Shown one piece after another: positions 10,538-20,383 of a stretch of DNA of 64,000 bases; position 1 is the first letter of the stretch, and every line of letters starts with the position of its first letter. The stretch is from a phage. Both the position numbers and the translations under genes were made by a program. The notes beneath the pieces are model-generated. The model made no database searches, was not told the origin of the DNA, and saw only the letters and a list, made by a program, of their open reading frames with translations. Where the stretch lies: NCBI GenBank assembly GCA_029944565.1, contig GCA_029944565.1_4115.1. The stretch is one strand, 5' to 3'.

Positions 10538-10883
10538 AATTTACCTCATATGTATTGTAACACCACGGTTTAACAATATCTATTTGTATATCATTTGCTT
10601 CATGAAAATGTTTAAGTACCTTCTGGTATTCCATTATTTCGTACACATCTTCAGTACTTATAGTGTTCTCCTGAAACAATTCCTCTTCTGATAAAGTACT
10701 ATAATCAGGGATTTTTATTTCTGAATATATATCATTTATCTTTCCATTATTTTGATAAATCTGAATATAAAATTGATTGTACTCTGGAATATAGGTTACA
10801 TAATGGTTGTAGTTGATTACATATCTTGAAACAAAGTATTCAGAACCATCAGTCATGTACTGAATTGTTTTCTTATTTTGCAT
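10521..10883 (-). CDS. hypothetical protein, family A paralog
   Basis: motif EEELFQENTIS. Confidence 0.6.
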   Translation of the reverse strand: MQNKKTIQYMTDGSEYFVSRYVINYNHYVTYIPEYNQFYIQIYQNNGKINDIYSEIKIPDYSTLSEEELFQENTISTEDVYEIMEYQKVLKHFHEANDIQIDIVKPWCYNTYEVNYVRND

Positions 10884-11358
10884 TCAAATAATCCACGCAT
10901 TTATAGTAGACTGCTAAATCTAAAAAGAATCGTTGATTGTATTTGTAATGATTAAGTAGTGCACCATAAAATAACATAGCATTAAGTACTTTTACATCAT
11001 GAATACAAGAACCCTGAAAGTACATTTCCTCTGACATGAAGACTAAATCATTATACGGAACAAATACTGCTTCTCTAAATGTATCAATATTAATCTTCAA
11101 ATCAGACCCAGGGCAATATGAAATGTATTCGGCTTTGTAATGAAAGTCATTATCATCAAAGTACTCCGCGTAGATTTGATTACCTCTACCATTAGTAAAT
11201 GCTAGTCTTCCTTTAGATGAACTGAACTCATCGTATTGAAACATACCACCAAAAGGCATTCCACCAAAAGGCTTAGGACTTCTGAACTCCTTTGCAATGC
11301 GATAGATATTTTCTGTAAATTCTAAAACACCATAGTAATCATATTCTGTAGTAATCAT
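10873..11358 (-). CDS. hypothetical protein, family A paralog
   Basis: motif EEMYFQGSCIH. Confidence 0.6.
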   Translation of the reverse strand: MITTEYDYYGVLEFTENIYRIAKEFRSPKPFGGMPFGGMFQYDEFSSSKGRLAFTNGRGNQIYAEYFDDNDFHYKAEYISYCPGSDLKINIDTFREAVFVPYNDLVFMSEEMYFQGSCIHDVKVLNAMLFYGALLNHYKYNQRFFLDLAVYYKCVDYLNAK

Positions 11359-11831
11359 AAACCATTTTTCTCCAGGTACTCAATAATACAATCGACATTG
11401 TTCAGGTCCAAGTAGAAATGATCACTATCGGAATTTAGTTCATTTTTAAGGGCTGTTAAAATCACTGAACTGAAAACAATCCTCTCTGGATACACAGTAC
11501 TGTACTGGAAGAACTCTTCTTCATTGTTAATTACAATCGTATCAAAGTATTCTCCTATGAGAATACTATTGTAGTATTTGAAATTATCTGAACTTGGAAA
11601 ATGGTATGAAATAAAATCTCCGTTTGGTACAGTATCAAGTACTCTAATACCACAAGATGATTCATCTGAACTATAGAGTAACCCATCCATAAAGGAAAGG
11701 TATCCATTTCGTTTAATAACTTTATTTTTATCAATTAAAAAATCTTCAGTAACATTCGCAAGGAATTTATAAACCCTGATAATGTCTTTTGCTATTTTTT
11801 GTGCATTGGTGAATGTGAGTTCGTTGGACAT
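11355..11831 (-). CDS. hypothetical protein, family A paralog
   Basis: motif EEEFFQYSTVY. Confidence 0.6.
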   Translation of the reverse strand: MSNELTFTNAQKIAKDIIRVYKFLANVTEDFLIDKNKVIKRNGYLSFMDGLLYSSDESSCGIRVLDTVPNGDFISYHFPSSDNFKYYNSILIGEYFDTIVINNEEEFFQYSTVYPERIVFSSVILTALKNELNSDSDHFYLDLNNVDCIIEYLEKNGL

Positions 11832-11890
11832 TGTGTTATAACCCTTTACAATTAATATAAAGGGATTATATCACAAAGAATCGGTGGGTG

Positions 11891-12445
11891 TCAAGAGGGA
11901 TTGCGAAGTTCTACCATTTCTTTCCAAACTAATTGGTAATCTTCTAAGTCCAGATAGAAGTCTTCATTCCAGTGCTCATGAAAGTACTTATACATGAATA
12001 GAACTCCTAAATCGTATGCAGGAAACAATAATGATAGTTGAAAGTAGTATTCCTGATTTAAAACTATATCAATGAACTCTAATGTACGTATGCCACCTTT
12101 CGATGAACGTATCTCAATGTGTGAGGTATCCTTTATACTGTAACACATGAAACCGCCTCTGAATTCTGGATCATATTCACATTCGAACTGCTCACTGTTG
12201 TTATAGAAATCTCTCCCACTTTCTTGATCTTTCGGTCTACGTACTGATACATGAATATTTTTATCACGGTACATTGAACGATTTAGTATTTTCAAACATT
12301 TGAACTTATTTTCTTTAATGAACTTGATAATATCAATTATATCTTGTGCAGTACTGATAGCTGATTCGAATGTATCCAACTTAAGATGATTATATTGTGT
12401 TCCATTGTTCATTTTTTCATCTAACATATAAACCTCATAATTCAT
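11891..12445 (-). CDS. hypothetical protein, family A paralog
   Basis: motif QEYYFQLSLLF. Confidence 0.6.
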   Translation of the reverse strand: MNYEVYMLDEKMNNGTQYNHLKLDTFESAISTAQDIIDIIKFIKENKFKCLKILNRSMYRDKNIHVSVRRPKDQESGRDFYNNSEQFECEYDPEFRGGFMCYSIKDTSHIEIRSSKGGIRTLEFIDIVLNQEYYFQLSLLFPAYDLGVLFMYKYFHEHWNEDFYLDLEDYQLVWKEMVELRNPS

Positions 12446-12770
12446 ACATTTTTGATTTGAACTGCATATGACCTCCTATTTCACATGGATAACAATTCAT
12501 AATTTTGTTCAATAAAATCTGGTATTTTTTAATAACTTCTATATCAATTTTTATATTACTATTAAAAACTAATGATTCTTGAAATAATTCACCCTCGTCA
12601 AGTGAAGTAAAATCATTTATCTTCAACGGTATATTGTTGCATCGCAAGGAGAATGTATTTTCATCACGAATTAAAGTATAGAAATCATTATGTTTTTTAT
12701 TATAATCAAATTTCACAAGTAGTAGTTTAATATGAGTAGCGTACATTACTTTCACTAATTCAGTCTTCAT
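12435..12770 (-). CDS. hypothetical protein, family A paralog
   Basis: motif EGELFQESLVF. Confidence 0.6.
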   Translation of the reverse strand: MKTELVKVMYATHIKLLLVKFDYNKKHNDFYTLIRDENTFSLRCNNIPLKINDFTSLDEGELFQESLVFNSNIKIDIEVIKKYQILLNKIMNCYPCEIGGHMQFKSKMYEL

Positions 12771-13122
12771 AACGGAATAAAATTCTCCTGTACTGCTCCG
12801 GTCCAGTACTCAATCTCTTCACTGGATAATTATCAAAGATTCTTTTCATTTCTTTCTGGATTAAACATAAGAAATCAAAGTTACAATCGTACTTATTATC
12901 CCATACTAAACTTTCTTGGAATAACTCATCCTCTTGCATTAGTGTAGTGTCAATTACATCTTCACGAACATAGCTATATACTTCATAGCTCTTGAAGCCA
13001 TCTTCTGATAATTCTAATTCATATGCAGCCATATCAAACATATCATCATGGTTTGTCTTCAATGATATTAAACAAGTAACTAATTTTTTAGTTGTATAGT
13101 ATGTAATACTTAATGTGTTCAT
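12760..13122 (-). CDS. hypothetical protein, family A paralog
   Basis: motif EDELFQESLVW. Confidence 0.6.
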   Translation of the reverse strand: MNTLSITYYTTKKLVTCLISLKTNHDDMFDMAAYELELSEDGFKSYEVYSYVREDVIDTTLMQEDELFQESLVWDNKYDCNFDFLCLIQKEMKRIFDNYPVKRLSTGPEQYRRILFRYED

Positions 13123-13127
13123 TTGTT

Positions 13128-13730
13128 TTATACCTCAGTATAAAGCTTACAATAGCTTTCATCAAAATCACAAACACTTCTCAAGTACTGACACAGGTCA
13201 TTGAAAATATTTACATTTGATATATATACATTATCAAATTCTGTTCGTTGAAAGAATGTATGCATAGAATTTGTAATATATCGCATTGCATCTTCACGTC
13301 CCATAGTTATATCATTTGTGAACATTGCATCTTCATCAGTACTGATGTGTTCTATTTTAAATGATTTCATAAATGGAATACTCTTTCCTAGGGCATAACC
13401 ATCACCATATGATGCTTCTACTGCACCTTTAGAATAAAGGAATTGATATAAGTCCGAATCACGATTATAAAAAGTACGACATACGGAGGAACATAATTTA
13501 TTATCTATATGAAATAAAAATCTTTTAGCATTTTTGTCTAATACTATTCGCAATGCATCACTCTCTAGAAATATATCACCATCAAGCATAAATGAGAACT
13601 GTACTAATGCTTTTTCTAAATCCGCTCGTTTGTGATAAATCATTTCCTGCATATATATAATATCATTTGCTAATTTCTTAAAAAACAAATGCACATCTGC
13701 ACTACAACATTTATTTGCATTTATTGACAT
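13128..13730 (-). CDS. hypothetical protein (divergent family A?)
   Basis: 200-aa ORF; variant EDAMFTNDITM. Confidence 0.5.
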   Translation of the reverse strand: MSINANKCCSADVHLFFKKLANDIIYMQEMIYHKRADLEKALVQFSFMLDGDIFLESDALRIVLDKNAKRFLFHIDNKLCSSVCRTFYNRDSDLYQFLYSKGAVEASYGDGYALGKSIPFMKSFKIEHISTDEDAMFTNDITMGREDAMRYITNSMHTFFQRTEFDNVYISNVNIFNDLCQYLRSVCDFDESYCKLYTEV

Positions 13731-14281
13731 AATAGTTCCTTATACATATGATGTACTTTACAAATCTCATTATAGTATTTCATATCAATGTCATTTGTAT
13801 TAAAAACGGAAACAGACAATACTGCTAACTTATCAATTAAGTAATTATTATCGGCGTACTCTTTTAACTTATTGAACATATAGATGCATTTTATACTTAA
13901 TTCATCATGCAACACACTGTTCTGAAAAATATTCTCTTCAGTATTAGGAGATAAGTAATCTTCAATTATATACGATAAACTACTATCGCAATCTTTATAG
14001 ATTGAAATTGATGGATGTAATGTGTCATACATTACACTAAACAGATCACCGTCATATGTGGATATTAAACTATTATTGGAAACAGTAGGATGATAATATT
14101 TCAGTACTGAAAACTTTGAACAATCAGTGCAGTAAAAATGATCCATCCCTCGACGACTTTCGTATGAGAATAGTTTACTTGTATATTCAATCCCTTTGGT
14201 GCGACGGATTGTTTCATGCATTTCTGCACATTGCATTAAAATTACCATACGTTCAAACGCAATATCTAAATCATCGTACAT
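13721..14281 (-). CDS. hypothetical protein, family A paralog
   Basis: motif EENIFQNSVLH. Confidence 0.6.
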   Translation of the reverse strand: MYDDLDIAFERMVILMQCAEMHETIRRTKGIEYTSKLFSYESRRGMDHFYCTDCSKFSVLKYYHPTVSNNSLISTYDGDLFSVMYDTLHPSISIYKDCDSSLSYIIEDYLSPNTEENIFQNSVLHDELSIKCIYMFNKLKEYADNNYLIDKLAVLSVSVFNTNDIDMKYYNEICKVHHMYKELLCQ

Positions 14282-14462
14282 AACGGATATCCTTCTTCAG
14301 CGAATTAATATATTCCAAAATAACTTGTTCCTGATATTGGGTTCCCAAGTACATCAGGACTTTCAACTCTTTGAATTCAGTACTATATGAGTCTGTTTGC
14401 ATCATTCTAGTAGAATATATATTGAATAGTTTAGCAATGTCATTTTGGTCTATTATTTTCAT
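14271..14462 (-). CDS. small hypothetical protein, family B paralog
   Basis: motif YLGTQYQEQ; isolated family B member inside family A array. Confidence 0.5.
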   Translation of the reverse strand: MKIIDQNDIAKLFNIYSTRMMQTDSYSTEFKELKVLMYLGTQYQEQVILEYINSLKKDIRYVR

Positions 14463-14661
14463 ATATTCTCTTCTGGATTAGTTCCTGTAAGTGCTGAATA
14501 TAACCCTTCATTGCAACATCCTGTTTGTTAGAGCCAACGAAGAACAAGAGCTTAAAGTCATGGTAATCCATTTTTGGTTTAGTAGTGAACCATATGTCCC
14601 ACACTGCACTCACAGTTCTCATGTATTCAATTCGATTAAATGTTTTTGAATACTTCATCAA
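14440..14661 (-). CDS. small hypothetical protein, family B-like
   Basis: variant FVGSNKQDV. Confidence 0.45.
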   Translation of the reverse strand: MMKYSKTFNRIEYMRTVSAVWDIWFTTKPKMDYHDFKLLFFVGSNKQDVAMKGYIQHLQELIQKRIYENNRPK

Positions 14662-15172
14662 TGTTAATCGCCAATAAGTTAATATACAAATTACTGTTAA
14701 ATGCTATCTGCAATTCCATATAGAACTGAATAATAGCATAGTCAGGGTCAGTACACGATAGTTGAAAACACTGTTCGTCAAATGCATTGTAATTGTACTT
14801 AGGGATGTGAATTTCACGCTTCAAATCAGGTTGACCCCACTTCATCGCATACACACCAATGTTATTGTTCTTTTTCCTTTTCTTAAATGTTAATTGTTGA
14901 ATATTTCCAGCGTTGTCTAGGAAAATAGTATTATTCGACACAGGTGCACCAATAGAAAACAATGATGTATCAATTACGTGTGTCTCACGCACCTCACACT
15001 TCTGGAATGCCCCAGTACCCTGTAATACATAATGAAAATTGTACTTCTCATTAACAACAGTACTAGGATCGATTAAACCAGTACTGCATTTTTTGAGTAC
15101 TGGTACAATGGTGCGAATCTTTTTTGATAAATCTTGTAATGCATCAAAGTCATTGATGTTAACTTTCATCAC
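14636..15172 (-). CDS. hypothetical protein, family A paralog
   Basis: motif DEQCFQLSCTD. Confidence 0.55.
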   Translation of the reverse strand: MMKVNINDFDALQDLSKKIRTIVPVLKKCSTGLIDPSTVVNEKYNFHYVLQGTGAFQKCEVRETHVIDTSLFSIGAPVSNNTIFLDNAGNIQQLTFKKRKKNNNIGVYAMKWGQPDLKREIHIPKYNYNAFDEQCFQLSCTDPDYAIIQFYMELQIAFNSNLYINLLAINIDEVFKNI

Positions 15173-15618
15173 TCGAATGTAGCCTCTTCAGTAGTAACAA
15201 AATTGGTTAGTGTATCCAGTTCAGCAGTGTCAAGATAAAATACATCTAGTACAGATTTCTGATATATTACACTGAATGTGCATAGATTGTCAAGTGTTCC
15301 TTGTTCATAAACAGTACTACCCTGGAAGTACCCTTCTTCAGTACTCAGGGATAAAATATCTGAAATTTTAAAAGATTCTTCAGTTGCATGTCTTTCTATA
15401 TTAACTATATTGCCGTTTCGGTTCAATGAAATATAATCGTATGCTAACTCAATTAGACTATAATTATCCGCATTAGTGTCAAATAAAGCGACAATTTTTC
15501 GTCTCAATCTCTCATCGTGATCATGGTTTTCATCAGCTAAGTATTCAGGATTTTCTTTGAAGAATTTAACGACGCGTAGAATATCATTTGCTTTCTTGAT
15601 TGCACTTTCGTAACTCAT
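15169..15618 (-). CDS. hypothetical protein, family A paralog
   Basis: motif EEGYFQGSTVY. Confidence 0.6.
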   Translation of the reverse strand: MSYESAIKKANDILRVVKFFKENPEYLADENHDHDERLRRKIVALFDTNADNYSLIELAYDYISLNRNGNIVNIERHATEESFKISDILSLSTEEGYFQGSTVYEQGTLDNLCTFSVIYQKSVLDVFYLDTAELDTLTNFVTTEEATFE

Positions 15619-15923
15619 AATAATTCAACCACTCCATCTCTAAAGTACATATAACTACCACCATTGGATACTGTGAATTCTATTGTCCCCAATAATATAT
15701 TATATTTTTTTATTTCACATGTAGTACTTGTAGTGTAAGGCTCACCATCTCCTAAGTACATTGACATATGACATAGAACTTTTCTACCAGCATATTTCTC
15801 TTCAAACGATTGTTCAAAACTATGCATAATTTGATTTAAAGCTGAAATGTAATTAATAAAGTCAGGTATTTCTGTCAATGAATTATAAACCGTACAAAGT
15901 GAATCAAATTCATTTTTAGTCAT
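15615..15923 (-). CDS. hypothetical protein
   Basis: 102-aa ORF; no module. Confidence 0.5.
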   Translation of the reverse strand: MTKNEFDSLCTVYNSLTEIPDFINYISALNQIMHSFEQSFEEKYAGRKVLCHMSMYLGDGEPYTTSTTCEIKKYNILLGTIEFTVSNGGSYMYFRDGVVELL

Positions 15924-16237
15924 TATATTTCTATCTCAATGTAATCCTGTGTGATTAAATAATCCCAATGATACTTCACCTGCTTTTGTAATTCAATTAA
16001 CGTAAAGAAGTTGATCGATTTATCCCATACGAGAGATTCCTGGAAAATAAATGATTCATGTTCATCGTAATAATCACACTCTAAAAAATCAGGTATATAT
16101 TCACTATCGTGAATGTATTCAACAAACGAACTAGCTTGGCATTTCTTTACTACTAGTAATAATGAATTATCATGATCAAACAGATACAATAAACTAATTT
16201 CACCAGGGACGTACTGAACACTGAATAAGTTTTTCAT
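15923..16237 (-). CDS. hypothetical protein, family A paralog
   Basis: motif ESFIFQESLVW. Confidence 0.6.
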   Translation of the reverse strand: MKNLFSVQYVPGEISLLYLFDHDNSLLLVVKKCQASSFVEYIHDSEYIPDFLECDYYDEHESFIFQESLVWDKSINFFTLIELQKQVKYHWDYLITQDYIEIEI

Positions 16238-16686
16238 TCTATACCTTCTGGATCTTTACGAAGTTCTTCGAAATCCAAATAAAATCGAGGACAGTTAACA
16301 CTCTTTAAGTACCACATAATAACTAATGCTTCAAGTACTTCATCATCGTAAACAGTACTGTTTTGGAAGTAATACTCTTCACTATCCCACGGACCTTCCA
16401 GTACTTCATAATTCAAAATTAATGGTTTTTTGCGATTAATAAAACGAATGCTACCATTTTCAACATAACTAATAAATTCTGCATCTCTATTGTATTCAGA
16501 AAACGATATAGGACTATTGGAATTCAACCCAAGAATAACCCTTACACCAACGGAGTTATTATACATTTCATCCTTGTAGTAGTTGCCGTTCTCGGCTTTG
16601 TACACTTCTTTGAACTTTCCTGCCTTTATATCGTCAAAGTATCCATGTAGTTCTTTTGCTTTTTCAAGAGCACTTTGTAATGACAT
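16234..16686 (-). CDS. hypothetical protein, family A paralog (MSLQSALE subgroup)
   Basis: motif EEYYFQNSTVY; N-term MSLQSALEKAK. Confidence 0.6.
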   Translation of the reverse strand: MSLQSALEKAKELHGYFDDIKAGKFKEVYKAENGNYYKDEMYNNSVGVRVILGLNSNSPISFSEYNRDAEFISYVENGSIRFINRKKPLILNYEVLEGPWDSEEYYFQNSTVYDDEVLEALVIMWYLKSVNCPRFYLDFEELRKDPEGIE

Positions 16687-17152
16687 TACCTTCTCCTACA
16701 GTATTCTCTACATATTCATAATCAAAATAGAAACTACTGGAGTCAATACTTTTGAAATACCACATAATTACAATAACATCTAATTCTTCTTCATTGTACA
16801 ACGTACTATTCTGGAAGTAATATTCTTCACTATCCCACGGTCCTTCCAGTACTGAATAAGGAATGATAGTGTCATCAGCATCACTATCTGTGTTGTAGAT
16901 GGTAATATCTTCATTACGGCAATAACTAATGTACTGATTGTACATATGATATTCACAGTTATCACTGTCACCAGTATCAGTGTGCAGTACTAATGTTTCT
17001 GCACATATCTCGGACTCGTCATAATCGTCACGGTCTTTTACAAAAAATTCAGTATCAGATGTTTTATATACACCTGGTACTGAACCTTCCTGTACCATAA
17101 TCATGTACTCATGAATCTTCTTTGCTTCTTTCAATGCACTTTGTAATGACAT
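16664..17152 (-). CDS. hypothetical protein, family A paralog (MSLQSALE subgroup)
   Basis: motif EEYYFQNSTLY. Confidence 0.6.
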   Translation of the reverse strand: MSLQSALKEAKKIHEYMIMVQEGSVPGVYKTSDTEFFVKDRDDYDESEICAETLVLHTDTGDSDNCEYHMYNQYISYCRNEDITIYNTDSDADDTIIPYSVLEGPWDSEEYYFQNSTLYNEEELDVIVIMWYFKSIDSSSFYFDYEYVENTVGEGNVITKCS

Positions 17153-17596
17153 TACAAATCCCCTGTACTTAAATATTCACATGCTCCCCAGTCAAGAAAG
17201 AATGGTTCAAAATTCAATTCCTTAAAGTACCACAACACAACCAAGGAATCAAGAATTTCTTGGTTAAAAATGAGACTCTGTTGGAAGTAATACTCTTCAG
17301 TACCCCACGGGCCATCAAGTACCCCGAAGTCAACAGGTGTATTTGTTGTGTCAAAAGTAATCTTAGTACCTGGAATATATACAAAAAAAATTAGTATATT
17401 GACTACATGAAGAGTACTGTATAGTATTGTCTTTATCCTGTCCCATAAGTAAAATATCATCAGAGTATGTCTTTATACCTGATAGATAATACTCATTACC
17501 AAATGCACTTACTTTATCACCATAGAAACCACTTTTTATGTTATCGTGGAAGTGATGTATTCTGTGTGCTAGTTCAAGTGCACTTGCTAAACTCAT
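17152..17596 (-). pseudogene. family A paralog split by frameshift
   Basis: N-terminal ORF 17363..17596 (MSLASALE...) and C-terminal ORF 17152..17460 (EEYYFQQSLIF) overlap out of frame at A8/T8 run 17383-17390. Confidence 0.5.
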
Positions 17597-18063
17597 ATAT
17601 CCTCTTTAATAACTCGTAGTAGATCCAAGTCCAAATAGAAGCTAGGACAATCTGTATTATTAAAGTACCACAGAATGACAAGCTTGTCAAGTACATCTTC
17701 CTCGTAGATAGTATTCTGCTGGAAGTAGTACTCTTCACTTCCCCAGTCATTATCCAGTACTGAATACGGAAGATGTTTCTCTGCTGCACCAGATATAATG
17801 TCAGAATCTTGTATTAAAATATCAGCATCACGACAGAAGTACATGTAATTATCTTCCAAATTAACATCACACCCATTGAGTGTTGTTTCAGAAGAATCTA
17901 AGTTTTCTTCATACATGTGAATGTACTCACTACTGTCATCGTATCTCATTCGACAATATGATTTACCTTCCTTGAATAGATATCCATTAAGACAATTTGC
18001 TACAATTTCTTTGCTGCATAAATCAATTAACTTCGCAATCTCTAATGCTCTTTCTAAACTCAT
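17593..18063 (-). CDS. hypothetical protein, family A paralog (MSLQSALE subgroup)
   Basis: motif EEYYFQQNTIY. Confidence 0.6.
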   Translation of the reverse strand: MSLERALEIAKLIDLCSKEIVANCLNGYLFKEGKSYCRMRYDDSSEYIHMYEENLDSSETTLNGCDVNLEDNYMYFCRDADILIQDSDIISGAAEKHLPYSVLDNDWGSEEYYFQQNTIYEEDVLDKLVILWYFNNTDCPSFYLDLDLLRVIKEDI

Positions 18064-18064
18064 T

Positions 18065-18556
18065 TCAACCCCTGTTAATACCGTTATCTACAGTTTTCTT
18101 TACGTATTTGTAATCGAAATAGAAGTTCCCAGAACCAATACTTTTAAAGTACCACATAATTATAATAACATCAAGTACTTCATTATCATATACAGTACTT
18201 TGTTGGAAGTAATACTCTTCACTATCCCACGGACCTTCCAGTACTTCACTCGGAATTATAATGTCATTGGAATCGCTGTCAGTACTGTTGATGGTATCTG
18301 TATCATTAATATAGACCATGTACTCATTATGCATATTAATGAAGCATTCATAATCATTAGGGTCGGTATCTAGTATGCACGTTTCTGTATCCAGTACGCA
18401 CGTTTCTGTATCTGAGCAGTCATTATAAAGGAGGTTATCCGGTACATAATATTGAGTACTTGTGTCTTTGAAAACACCGTAAACTGAACCTTCTTTTGCC
18501 ATATTCATGTACTCATGAATCTTCTTTGCTTTTTCCAATGAACTCTGTAATGTCAT
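18065..18556 (-). CDS. hypothetical protein, family A paralog (MSLQSALE subgroup)
   Basis: motif EEYYFQQSTVY. Confidence 0.6.
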   Translation of the reverse strand: MTLQSSLEKAKKIHEYMNMAKEGSVYGVFKDTSTQYYVPDNLLYNDCSDTETCVLDTETCILDTDPNDYECFINMHNEYMVYINDTDTINSTDSDSNDIIIPSEVLEGPWDSEEYYFQQSTVYDNEVLDVIIIMWYFKSIGSGNFYFDYKYVKKTVDNGINRG

Positions 18557-18565
18557 TTTATAATC

Positions 18566-18925
18566 TCATATATTGAAATAATAATTATTCGTTCTTGATG
18601 GGGATGGATTAAATACGTTTTCTTTTTCAAATCTCTTCATTTCATTTTGCAAAGAAACCATTTCTTCAAATGTACAGGAGTACTTATTCTTATCAAACAC
18701 TAATGCAGCCTGAAATAGTTCACCATCGTCCAGTACTGTATAATCTATAAGACTCTCAGATTCATAGTCATAGTCGTCATGTGATACATGAATAAATTTA
18801 AAACAAGAATCTTTGTAATGCATATATAAACTCAACTCATGTTCCGAGTCGCCCTTAATAAGATTACAGCACAAGTCCCATCCTTTAGGTAACTTATAAT
18901 AGTACATAGAATAATCATATGTCAT
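18566..18925 (-). CDS. hypothetical protein, family A paralog
   Basis: motif DGELFQAALVF. Confidence 0.6.
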   Translation of the reverse strand: MTYDYSMYYYKLPKGWDLCCNLIKGDSEHELSLYMHYKDSCFKFIHVSHDDYDYESESLIDYTVLDDGELFQAALVFDKNKYSCTFEEMVSLQNEMKRFEKENVFNPSPSRTNNYYFNI

Positions 18926-19278
18926 TCTTGAATTCCTAAATTGAATTTGTATTCTTGATTAATACTTGCATTGGGTTTATGCAAAGCAGCATACTCTTTC
19001 ATTTCATTTTGTATTGCAATAACTTCTTCAAATGTACACAAGTACTTCTTATCAAATACTAATGATTCTTGGAATAGTTCTGCGGTATCCATTAATGTAT
19101 AGTCCGGCATATCTTGGTGTGGATACTGTAATGAACTGTAATCAATGAATGTAAATTTACCCTGAGTGTAATGAATATACTCATTTGCACTGTGCATTAA
19201 ATCACCTTTGTTTAAATTACAAAAGTACTGATAACTGTGCTTGAAAGTATGTACTGATATTAAAAAATCAAATTCCAT
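18922..19278 (-). CDS. hypothetical protein, family A paralog
   Basis: motif TAELFQESLVF. Confidence 0.6.
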   Translation of the reverse strand: MEFDFLISVHTFKHSYQYFCNLNKGDLMHSANEYIHYTQGKFTFIDYSSLQYPHQDMPDYTLMDTAELFQESLVFDKKYLCTFEEVIAIQNEMKEYAALHKPNASINQEYKFNLGIQE

Positions 19279-19649
19279 CAGTACTCAACCTCTACATAAA
19301 TAGATTCAGGAAACTTAGTCATATAATCTTCTGGATAGTTCTGCATTACTTTGATCATTTCTGCCTGTGTAGCACGGACGTATTCAATTGGTGCTCCTGG
19401 TAAATTCCAGACAGTACTTTCCTGAAAGAATTCCTCTTCTGACAGTACTGTCAGATTTACAAAATCATTACGGTAATTTTTTGAATCATCATATGTGAAG
19501 ATTTTAAAAGACCCATTTTCATATAGTACAAGAACAAAATGGGAGAATTTTTGTAATGCACCACCAAGGCTTTCCACGACCGCATGATTCAGTGTACAGA
19601 TGACCTCTTTTTTCCTCATACCGAATTGAATTCTAATTTCTTTTTTCAT
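19278..19649 (-). CDS. hypothetical protein, family A paralog
   Basis: motif EEEFFQESTVW. Confidence 0.6.
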   Translation of the reverse strand: MKKEIRIQFGMRKKEVICTLNHAVVESLGGALQKFSHFVLVLYENGSFKIFTYDDSKNYRNDFVNLTVLSEEEFFQESTVWNLPGAPIEYVRATQAEMIKVMQNYPEDYMTKFPESIYVEVEY

Positions 19650-19807
19650 AAAATCTCCTTCAGATTAGTACTGAATTTGTACAGAATATTAGAACTGTAT
19701 ACAGCCTCTGTATCTGTATCCATAATCAAATCACCTTTGTTTAAATTACAAAAGTACTGATAACTGTGCTTAAAAGAATGTACTGATATTAAAAAATCAA
19801 ATTCCAT
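19646..19807 (-). pseudogene. truncated duplicate of the N-terminus of 18922..19278
   Basis: ~85-bp direct repeat of 19195-19280 at 19727-19810 gives a 53-aa ORF MEFDFLISVHSFKHSYQYFCNLNKGDL... lacking the module. Confidence 0.45.
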
Positions 19808-20184
19808 CACACTTCCCCTAGATTGAAATGATTACAAAAATCATCTTCACCAGTACTGCACCAGATATCTATACATTCCCTGTGAATACATTTAATTCTA
19901 CGCTGTAATTCAATCATCTCTTCTAATGTACAGATGTACTTCTTATCAAATACTAATGCCGCCTGAAACAGTGCAGCATCATCAAGTACTGTATAGTCCA
20001 ACATCTCGGTTGCTTTACCCCTAAACCCAGTACTAAAATCCATCAAATAAAAGTCAGCATTCCAGTACTTTAAAATCTTGTCCCTAGCGTAGTTTAAATC
20101 ACCCTTGTATAAGTTAGAGTGCGTAACTAACTCACCAGTGTACATCCATGTCCTTGCACAAAATTCATTATATTTTATTTCCAT
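19807..20184 (-). CDS. hypothetical protein, family A paralog
   Basis: motif DAALFQAALVF; start taken at MEIKYNEF by analogy with paralogs, track ORF extends further. Confidence 0.55.
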   Translation of the reverse strand: MEIKYNEFCARTWMYTGELVTHSNLYKGDLNYARDKILKYWNADFYLMDFSTGFRGKATEMLDYTVLDDAALFQAALVFDKKYICTLEEMIELQRRIKCIHRECIDIWCSTGEDDFCNHFNLGEV

Positions 20185-20383
20185 CTTAATCTCTACTATA
20201 ATTAATAAGGTAAACTCCAATATAAGGAGAACGTTCGCCAGCGGGGTATTTTTTGTTTCAAGAAACATGAACTGTACTCTGAAAAACACAATATAAAACT
20301 TTATATTAAACATATACCTTAGCATGTTTTTCAGCGGAAATTTTTTTGACCCCCCCCCTGCGGCCTGTCAAAATGAAACGTCT

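Noticed and set aside
19807-20325. Long N-terminal extension (47 aa, MLRYMFNIKFYIVFF...) of ORF 19807..20325
   Set aside because: Hydrophobic, low-complexity and absent from paralogs; the paralog-like start MEIKYNEF at 20184 is preferred.
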